From Orbicella franksi (Eukaryota): a stretch of DNA of 64,000 nt. The DNA lies in assembly GCA_964199315.1 (NCBI GenBank), contig OZ116699.1:34410001-34474000 (forward strand). The letters are read 5' to 3'. The position numbers were made by a program, and so were the translations under genes. The notes under the pieces are model-generated. The model saw only the letters and a list, made by a program, of their open reading frames with translations. It was not told the DNA's origin and searched no databases. Below, piece after piece: positions 13,964 through 23,700 of the stretch (positions are counted from its first letter, which is position 1; each line of letters opens with the position of its first letter).

Positions 13964-15994
13964 ATGGCAGTTAAGTTGTGTGATCAACCACCAATTGTTA
14001 ATGATTATGTAAGATTGAGCTACAGTAAGTATAAGCTATAAATAAACTGTAAACCTCAGACGCATAATTTAGGGTGTGTTTTGTGTTGAATGTGGGTGTT
14101 TCAAAAGCATGATGTTGTATGCTCAGAGTGTGGCTATATTTGATGAAATGACACGGTCTACTGATGACCTACATGTAGATGTCCATGTACTTCGGTGCAC
14201 GTAGAACTTTGACAACCTTTTATTTTTGACATTGCATTTACATGGAATTATGCTCCTGGGGAGATACTGATTTGCAGTCATTTCTACACCGCATTCTTCA
14301 TCACTCTAGTAAAGGCAAGATCTCCTAACACCAAATTTACTGATACTATACTGAGTTTCAAATAACTTCTTTATGTCCAGTCACCGCAGTAACTGGTAGA
14401 ATTATATTTCCTGTAAATGCCCTTGGGGATACAGTAAGTTTTTGTTTTGCTTGCAAACAACCTGTTCGTCAGTATCATATGTACTTTAACTCGTCAGGGA
14501 GCCAGCAGTGTATTGTAATTATAAGCTGCGACAGTGGATGGACTGGTATACCTGATGTCCGTTATGATGAGGCAGGATCTTCAGGAGAGGGTGGAGGTGG
14601 GGGTGATGATGATGAGGATGACATATCCTTTCTTGGGCTATTTTGGGTAAGTTACATTGTACATCTTTACTATCATTAAGTTGCCAGTAATCAGTACGGT
14701 ATCAACTTGACTTCATGTAGTATTATGAAGTTATGTTTTCTTTAGGAGTTATCATTGACGCTTTGACAAGTTCTTGTGGGATTATGATTTGTACAAAGTG
14801 AGTTAGTACAAAAAGTAATTTCAAGCTTGTTTCAAGTTAGGATTTGCCGAGTTCATCAAGCATTCAGTGAAACCATTTTGTCTTTGGTTGTGTTAACCAG
14901 ATGTACTTGTGTTTGCTTATTCTTTACAGGATTCAGAAATAGCTTTGGAGAAAGATGAAGCAGTTTCATCGAAGTCGGTACTGTACAACTTCCACCTTAA
15001 AAGCGGTGAACATGACGTAGCAGAATGGATGGCTGTATTGCAAAATGAAAAGCTCTACGTAGAGGTGCCACAAGGAGACATTCCCCCTGGAGCCAAAGAA
15101 TGGTATTTAAAACTCTTTGTGTGCGTGTTGCACAGTTCTGGATGACTCTGCAAGATACAATTTATAGCTGTTTCATAATAATAGTATTGTTAATCTGTAA
15201 CTTTCAACATTTGAACATCATTTTGTTAAATGAAAGTTACTCTTTTCCCGCAGCCTTATTTCACTACTTGAGTATGCAGAGGAGCACTTGGATTGCACCC
15301 ATGTATTTGTTGGTCTACTAAAGGATAGAAAAGACAGAGGTGAGGGGAATATACTTCATTCAGTTGTGAATAGCAAATTTAATGCTGATCTGTTCCCATA
15401 GTTTCAGAGCCATCTGGCCCTTTTAAGCCTGTAATTATTGTATAGTATAGTCTGAACTCCTGACCAAATGATGAGCCTGGGAACTTAGGAGGCAGAATAC
15501 CAGCCATTAGCAGAGCACGCAGGTATGCATAGCAACCCTGAGAGTGGCAACCAGCAGGCACTGTCACACTGACAAAATCAGTGGTAATACTTACAGTGTA
15601 CTATAACAATGGTAGGGGGGGGGGGGGGGGGGGGAGAGAAGGAGTAAAGTACGCCACAAGCACAGAAGACACTGAGGGTACATGGTGTAGCTGCATGTTC
15701 TTGCACGGTAGGAAAACAAGCATGCGAGGCCTTTGCACTCTGTATGAGACTCCACAGAGTATGGCCACCCTTTAAAGCCTGTTGGCCAGTATTGGCTTGA
15801 ATCAAACTTTCCCTAAGTTACATTAGCCACATTGTAACCACTGAATAGGTATACAAAACTTTGATACTGTTTTTCCTTTTGCAGCAAGCCTGATGCGCAC
15901 CTTCATGTTCATGGGTTTTGAGACAGTGAAACCAGGTCATGAGTTGTGCCCAGACAATTCACATTTCATCTTTATGGCGTACACTATTGATTAA
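13964..15994 (+). CDS. OAZ: Ornithine decarboxylase antizyme, expressed through a +1 ribosomal frameshift (about 248 aa)
   Basis: Exons 13964-14024, 14381-14646, 14746-14797, 14930-15102, 15254-15339 and 15885-15994. The C-terminal antizyme domain is clear: LYVEVPQGDIPPGAKECLISLLEYAEEHLDCTHVFVGLLKDRKDRASLMRTFMFMGFETVKPGH..FMAYTID*. ORF1 (115 codons) ends at TGA 14764-14766 and the domain is in the +1 frame. The 5' exons are inferred from splice consensus and phase and are less certain than the last three exons. Confidence 0.92.
14761..14767 (+). other. Predicted +1 programmed frameshift site CUU-UGA-C of the antizyme
   Basis: Exon 14746-14797 is 52 nt (18+1+33). Frame 0 reads ELSLTL-stop. 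Skipping one base gives DKFLWDYDLYK, which joins the next exon in phase 0. Neither entry phase that reaches this frame from the 14745 acceptor is stop-free. Confidence 0.7.
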
Positions 15995-18089
15995 AAGCTG
16001 TCAGTGTCTGAAATGTAGAAGTTGAAGGTTTTTACAGTATGTGCTGTACATATATCTAGCACAGAATACTGGAACAGTACATTAATGTAAAATTAGTGTT
16101 TCCATTTCTTTTCTTTTTTTTTTTTTCATTTTCATTAAGAAGTGTTCTGGTTAATACAATATATTACTGTAGGTTTTTTTCTTTACTGCAGTCATGATCT
16201 GTGACTGTATGAATGACAGAAACTCTCAAGTGCTTGAAAACTAAGATTTTAGTTTCAAATATTTGCTTGATTTTAAACCCTTCTGTGGTGGTATTCTGAT
16301 TTCTGTCCTTACTACTTTCAGAAGCCTTCAAATTTTTCAAAACTCTAGGCTATTGTTTCTTACTGCCACAATTTACAGTCGATATAAGTGAATGTGGAAA
16401 TTATTATAAAATTTTGTCATCATCAGTAGTGCTTCCATGTTAATTAGAGATGTTCAGGAGGTTGAAACAAACTTCCATTTTGCAGCTCATTCTGCTGCTT
16501 GTATGAACTTGTACTTTTCAGTATTAATATTATTATATTACAGCAGAAGTTAACCATGGTCAGTAATGTAGATCGTGTACTTATGCACAGACAGTTTTCT
16601 GTAGTAACCATAAAGCTGCTTGCTGATCAATGTGATGTATGTTTTGTCATTTTGTCTTGTTTAAGTTACAATGAGATTCAACTTGCTACATGAACTTCCA
16701 GTATATTTTGTCTTCAGTTTTGTAGCAGGTGAATGCAATTAAAAGTTGCATGTAGACAGCTTAACTTAGTAAAATGTACAATGTATGGCAGAGCTTATTA
16801 AAGGATAAAGACTGGTCAACATGCATGTTGTGTTATGTTTTCCTTTTAGGTTTTGTTGTGAGTCATACCTGCACTACTGAGTCTGTATTGAACACAGGTG
16901 TCCCTTCTTAGTCGAAGTAAGGTGCTCTCAGAGTTTTTTGCCTGTTGAATTCACAAAGTCAGACACACGGGCTGTACTGTTTGCTGCCTACCAATCCGCT
17001 TAACTATGCACTTCTTGTTTTCCACTCTTCATCATCAAAGCACCTCAGCACTTTGGAATGATCAACTCAGTGTTTGGTTATCACAGTTGACACATTCACC
17101 CACTAATCAGTAGAATCCAAATTATTGCTAGTGAAAATGGATGAGTGGGGACTTACAACTGTAGGAGGGTGGGCAAAAGCAAACCTGTAGACTTGTAAAG
17201 TTTCCTTGCTTGCTATCAGCTACATGTAGGCATGATTACGAACCACTACTAAGGACAGAGGCCTGCACAGCTAACTCAAACTTTTCTTGGGGAGAAACGT
17301 AGACCAGACTTGAAAGCCACAGAAATCAACCCTAGGTATCGGCAACATTTCTGTTGATGACTTGCCATTGCTAGCTACATTTGTACCATAGCCAGTCTTG
17401 TTTTGTGCGGAAATGCTTTGTTTCAGGGGCAGTTATTTTGTTTCACTGAGGACTGGCTTTGGAAAAACATGCTGGTCCTTGCATTGTGAAAATAAACTAC
17501 TTTGAGCCCATGCAGAGTATTTAAGTTTTCATCATCAGCTTTGTACATCTGCATCATAAACCTATTGAGAGACTGCTTAAAACAAAAGGAATACTTGGAA
17601 AATCTCCAATCCGCAGACCGTTCATGGCACACAGTTGTAATCTTAGGAAGAATTGGAGTAATATAACAGAAAATACAATAAAAATGGCCATGATTGATGT
17701 TGATTCCATTGATTTATTAATTGATCTTACAATGTCATTGTTATAATGTTCAAATTTACCTGCATAACAAAACTGGTATATCCACATGCCTCTGCTGTTA
17801 CACTGTTGCATTTTAAACATCAAGTCAGCATCATTACTGAGAGCATTTTTAGACGTGACTATCATACAAAAATACAAACAACATAACTCTTTGCATCAAC
17901 AAAGGATATGTGTAGTTTGCCACACTGCTAAATACAATTAAATAATAACGTGCGACACTAAAATTTATTGCAAAACTTGCTTGTCAACATGTGCTCATTC
18001 ACTGACCTAAGAAGGCCTTGCTACCAAAATTTAAAAACAAACATTGGAAGTGCTGAATGAATTGAGCCTGTTCCATTCTTCTTGGCATC

Positions 18090-18408
18090 TAAAGGTTGGC
18101 ACACAAGGGGACTGGTCCCTGCGACCAGTCCCTGCAACTAGTCCCCTGAAGAGTTTACACGAAGGGACTGGTCCCAGGGACTTGTCCCACGAACAGTTCA
18201 CACGGAGCATTTAGAGGAACAAGTCGCATGGACTTGTCCCAAAAATTCAAACCAGTTTGAATTCGTGGGACTGGTCATAGGGACCAAATTTTAGTCCCTG
18301 CGACTAGTTTTGTGGCAAAAATGGCCAGTTCACATCATGGGACTTGTCCCTGCGACTTGTTACAGGGACTAGTCGTAGGGACCAGTCCCCTTGTGTGTGC
18401 TGACATTA
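18090..18408. mobile_element. MITE with GGGACTAGTCCC-type internal motifs (possibly Kolobok-type)
   Basis: Inverted termini ..AAGGTTGGCACACAAGGGGACTGGTCCCT / AGGGACCAGTCCCCTTGTGTGTGCTGAC.. The homologous copy in opposite orientation is at 59203-59737. Confidence 0.8.
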
Positions 18409-18937
18409 AAAAAACATACAATGCATAATTTGTAGGTACCTGAAAAGTCTGGGAACCAGTTTCTCAACCCTTTGTAAAAGACACTACAGCAATCTGTGTA
18501 ATAATTTGCAAGCAAACAACTCATCATAGCCACGACAAAGATATCTATGTGTATGCATAGTGCACATGCTCAATAACACTTGGCTCTGGTCTAAGATAGA
18601 GCATACAGATGTACATGTACAGATGAATCTCGCTTGGGTGTTAAGAGAGTAGCACCAGAACAGATGCCTGCATTATTGTGTAGGTTAATTAAGGCCACAT
18701 GTGTGATTGAAGAACAAAACAAGCTGCAGGACAGTAATGACATGTAATCCCTTGAGGGAAGAGCATGCTCCTTTTTGTGCCTCATCAGATTTTGGCTTGT
18801 TCTTTACTCATTGAGAGCTTGAAATAGGCAGGCCCTCTGCAAAATGCTATGAAATGATTATTTTGTTTTAAATTTATAATAAAAGCAATAAATAATGTGC
18901 CGTAAAATTTGCAGTAGTTGGACTGGCATGATGCATT

Positions 18938-20495
18938 TTAAAGCAAAATACATTCAGATTCTTCTTTCTCCTTCACTTCACGTGTGCCTTTTCCTTGGCT
19001 GCACTCACGTACCACACTGACGACCTATTTGAGATGAAAAAGTATGAATTGTAAAGCAAAACAGTAAAGAACATTATATTTATAACCATACAAGGCAAAC
19101 AGTGTAATGCAATGTATACATAGACATGTACATGTATTATGCAGTTTACTTACAACAGGCTAATTTTATTAATTGGTGTCCAAAAAATTGAGATTTTATT
19201 TGTATAAACACATGGTTGCCACAGACATCATTTTTCAAAATTCCCTAGATATTCCCTAACATTTCCTTGATAAAAATAAATTTCCCTGACCTTGAAGAAT
19301 TTTCTTTCTCTGACCATTTCCTGAACAGTGGCAACCCATTATTATCTCTTAAATCTACATGTATACCAACCTCTTTAAAGGAAGGAAAACTTCCTTGTGA
19401 AAGCTTGGAGAAAATCAATTTCCCATTCACTGTGACTTCAAATGAGGCTGTGGTAAAACACAAAAATGTGTAGAATTATTAACCCTATTTTCCCTTAACC
19501 CTCTGCAGGTTTTTAATATTTAATAACCAATCGCTTAACTACCCTTGGTGTGGATGGTTTAAATAAGCATGTACAACAAGAAAAACAATCACAAACTTAC
19601 ATCTGCGGCCGACATGACCAGCCACATTTGCTGCAGGGATATCGGCTTTGATTTTATCCGCCAGTTCCCTGTAGCGTGGGGCGTATCCTCATGCACCACT
19701 AAAGAATCAAACAAAACAGTTCAATTTTTGTAAAATTTTAGTCCGACACATTTCCTGATAGGTTTTGAAATTTTTTTTCCAAGAGCAATTAAATACAGTC
19801 AGTGTGCATTTGCCATCACTGCCCCAGTCAGTAGATGGTTTGCAAGCAAGTGCAATATCGATTTAAATCAATATTGCACATCTCACTGAATATGAATAGA
19901 GCTTGTTGTCCTCAGCCAATCTACAACACATGTAAATGAGGCTGATTTTTTTCCCCAAATACTGCTAAGTAATGAACTGACGCCATTGTTTTGAACGTAC
20001 TAAGCTGCAAACCAAAGTAAGCTTACATTATTTACAAGTATCAACTTCATTGCAGGACTGTGTAGAAAATGTCCCGTTTTAAGCCACAGCTTCGTTTAAA
20101 GAACAGCTGACACAGCCATGTAAATAAGTTTACGCCTCTGCACGTCATTTCAAGAACGAGAAACGATCGGGCAGTTCAGGACCAATCGAAAGTAAAGGGA
20201 ATGCTAAAAACCTCAGATCATTTATCTGCACTTAAAAGCGCAAATTCCATATCCGCACTTACAAGCGCACATTCCATATCAATGAAGTTTTCCAGAACGT
20301 TAAGCTTCAAACAATAAATGTTTACGCTTAATTATGAAAATGAACCATTGAAAACGAAATGTGAAACAGCACGAATTTGTTAAGCGCCGTTTTCTAGAAT
20401 GTTTTCTCGAAAAGTGAGAAGTCAAAGCGACGGTGGAACAAAAAGGACACAACATCTTACCAATATTCTATGGAAACTTCCACTTTCGAAGCCAT
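18938..20495 (-). CDS. SELENOW: Rdx-family selenoprotein, SelW2/MIEN1-like (98 aa, CxxU, C-terminal CaaX)
   Basis: Exons 20495-20461, 19698-19601, 19447-19371 and 19024-18938 splice in phase to MASKVEVSIEYCGAUGYAPRYRELADKIKADIPAANVAGHVGRRSSFEVTVNGKLIFSKLSQGSFPSFKEVVSVVRECSQGKGTREVKEKEESECILL*. The in-frame TGA (19691-19689) sits at the U of the CGAUGY motif. I did not locate a SECIS. Confidence 0.9.
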
Positions 20496-20718
20496 AAAGA
20501 CGACTTTTCTTTCTCAACTGCCCCCAGAAGTAGTTTCACCAAGCACTTGACGGTGCGTGACAAAAATCTCTTCCTCACCCTCCCTCCCTCCACCCACTCT
20601 ACGAGCCTTCGTTGAGAAGCACAGCAGTGCAACGTTGATTCATGTAATACTACAGTAGGTATCCCCTCGACAGCTGTTGAAAGGTACATTTAAACACATG
20701 TGTCTAAATTAAAGCTCT
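20496..20718. promoter_or_regulatory. Probable bidirectional promoter and 5' UTRs shared by the selenoprotein and METTL13
   Basis: Divergent start codons at 20495 (-) and 20719 (+), separated by only 223 bp. Confidence 0.7.
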
Positions 20719-23700
20719 ATGGCGTTAATTTTTCGCTGTGCTGTCAATCCAGATCTCAAGAAACGCCATGACCAGCTTTTTTATGAACTCATGGAGTCTC
20801 CTTCCTGTTATGGAGGTTATAAAGAACTATGTGGTTTTCTCCAGAAGTACTGTAAGGCGAGCGATCGAATTATAACTGCTGGCTGTGCACTGTCAGACTG
20901 TAGTAATGGCGACTCTCTGATTGAAGATTTGTATGATGCGGGTTATCATTCTGTTGTTGGTGTGGAGAGCTCAGAGAACTTCGTTACTAGTTCCAGGGAA
21001 AGAAACAAGGAGAAGAGACCAGAAATGCACTTTATTGAGGGACATGTCTTGAATGTAAGGACCATTGCATTTCAAGATCTGCTTAGAAACACAACCGTAA
21101 TCTGGGGATTCAAGAAAGGTCTCCTAGCAGTTTCGACCAGTGCCGGGAATCACAATCACCACTTTTATCTCCCAAGAAGATATCTGACGGGGATTTTCAG
21201 ATTTTGTAATGTTCATCTCTTCACCCCCCCCCCCCCTGCCCTGCCCCCACTTCTCCCTCCCTAGTTCCAGGATAAGGATGAGCGGTGGGAGGTGCTACCA
21301 TTACCATTATTGAGAGTTACCTGTAAATAGGCAAACCTGAGAATTATTTAGGGTAGTCAGCTTAGTCTAACTGTAAATAGGCTAAGTTCTAGAGTGCTAG
21401 TCAGGCTTACTACCTATCAACCCAGACCCCTAGACCCTGTCTAAGACTTGCCCTCCAAGGTTGAGTTGTGAAGGTGGGAGCGTGACTGAACACAGGATGG
21501 GCAGGGAGGTATGAAGACAGGGGATCTTGTTTCAAATCTCAAATCGGCCACTATACAAAGACATTCAGAGATTGATAAGATGTCATTAAATCAACAGACA
21601 TCGAAATTATGTTTTTCCAGTTGAGGAAATGAACAGAAGCAATGGTCAGGGTGGAACTGTTAGAGAGCAGGGTAATGTCAAAAGTCAACAGGTGCTGGCA
21701 AAGATGATCATGTACATGTACTTCACGATCTAAGCCAGCTTCACTGCTAGGGTATTTACCAGATTCTTGAGAAAGAAAGTGATGGTAAAATCAACCACCT
21801 GCTCTGAAAATAAAGCCATATACTTCAAAATGATAAGTAACAACCCAGTGTGAGAGGAGGAGGAAGGGGTTGAAATTAGGCAAGTGCTTGAAATATCATC
21901 TTTCTTTCTTTTTTTGCAGGTTGATCTTAATGATGAAAGTTTTAATGTTTCGATAGATAGGGGTGAACTGGACAGACTGCATAAAGATTGCTCATCTTGC
22001 CAGAGAACTGATTCAAACATCATAGAGTACTTTGAAGTAGTACAAAGAATTCTTAAAGTAGGAGGCCGCTTTATTTGTTTCTCATTTGCAACAGAAGACA
22101 TCTTGGACAAACTGCTGCATTATTTTTCATCTGGATGGTTTTTTAGGGTACATTTGGTAAACAAAGAGACATCAGGTGGAAAATCGATACCATTACCACT
22201 GTTTTGTCTTGTGTTAACAAAGACAAAATTTGCAGGTTGGTTTTTTTTATAGCCTCTCTCGCAGTCGCTCTCAGGGCTCATCACGCTTTCCTTCCCTCAT
22301 GGGGAAGGAACGCATGACAAGCCATAAAAACTTCTGCATGGAAGGCTATAGTGCTTTCAGTGCAACATTTGTGGAATTCATGCTTGCCATGTGTAAGAGA
22401 AAACTAACGCTGTTAATTGTTGATTTTTGCATTCAATGGTATTCAGGGTCATCAACTCAATCGCTACAAATCATTGAAATATGTCTGGATGGAATAGAGA
22501 CTATCCAAAGAGTAAACTCTTTCTCAGATGTCAAGATTACTCTGCAAGAAATCCAACAGTATTTTGTCAGTCGCTCTCAGGGCTCATCACGCTTTCCTTC
22601 CCTCATGGGGAAGGAACGCATGACAAGCCATAAAAACTTCTGCATGGAAGGCTATAGTGCTTTCAGTGCAACATTTGTGGAATTCATGCTTGCCATGTGT
22701 AAGAGAAAACTAACGCTGTTAATTGTTGATTTTTGCATTCAATGGTATTCAGGGTCATCAACTCAATCGCTACAAATCATTGAAATATGTCTGGATGGAA
22801 TAGAGACTATCCAAAGAGTAAACTCTTTCTCAGATGTCAAGATTACTCTGCAAGAAATCCAACAGTATTTTGTCACAAAGAGATCACTAGGTATGTTCAT
22901 GTACCTATACATGTTTAAACGTGAGGCATTAATTTTAAATATTATTGTATTATACTGTGAACAGTGAGTTTTTAGTGTTCTTTATTACATATTTTAACTG
23001 CTGCATTAATGTTAAAGTGTACCACTGAGCCTTGAAGTGGTTTCTCAATTATATAATATTTAAAAGTTCAACTCCCATACATGCACATGAATAATAATTG
23101 TTATTTATTATCATGGGCATCGTGCCTCCAGATTTGCAATTTATATATAATTAGTAGTACTGTTGTTTAATGTATAAAGAAATATCTTTTGTTAGACTCA
23201 GTCTATAGACTGATAAAGCAGACTTAATGGTCAAATCACTTGAGAGAAATTTGTAGAATTCAATTGAAATTGATTCTACATGTGCATAGTCTCCATTCAA
23301 TTTCATTTTCCTTTTTTGCCATTCTTTCCTTATCTTTTTCTGATTTTGAATTTGTTGTTTTCATGTGTGCATTATTCAGAGAAATTATGTCCTGGCCAGC
23401 ATGTCACGGTGGATTTGTATCAAGCATCAGGAAATCAAAAACAAAGAAGTGAAACTCGTTACTCAATGACAACTGTTGACTTACAACATTCATCAGCAAA
23501 AAATGGAAAATTCGCAATATTCATTGTTCCACAAGGTAAGTGTTGTGGTTTATTAAAGTAACAACATCTTTTTGATGCCATTTTTTTTATTTTTAAACTT
23601 GAGTTTTGATTCTTGCTAAACATTTAAGTCAACTTAGGTCAACTTGCATGGATTGTACATTTCACCAATACTGTAATGTCCTACGACATATGGATGTGAC

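Noticed and set aside
14538-14555. MDWYT* as the true antizyme ORF1
   Set aside because: Only five codons, and it would still leave the CUU-UGA stop in frame. The upstream ATG 13964 model explains splice phases better. Kept only as an alternative in the findings.
15607-15634. Long G or C homopolymers (also near 24490, 25368, 36920, 48003) producing poly-Gly/Pro ORFs
   Set aside because: Intronic or UTR simple repeats. The translations are artefacts.
17554-17877. 107-aa hydrophobic ORF suggesting a membrane protein
   Set aside because: No family motif, no supporting exons, and it lies in the AT-rich region between two convergent 3' ends.
17950-18830. SECIS candidates (AUGA..AA..GA) at about 18810, 18790, 18525 and 17995 on the minus strand
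   Set aside because: None forms the ~10-13-bp helix II with a matching 3' GA when paired by eye.
22230-22967. 245-aa ORF with an internal repeat as a separate gene
   Set aside because: It is METTL13 intron 2 plus exon 3 read across the 306-bp duplication.
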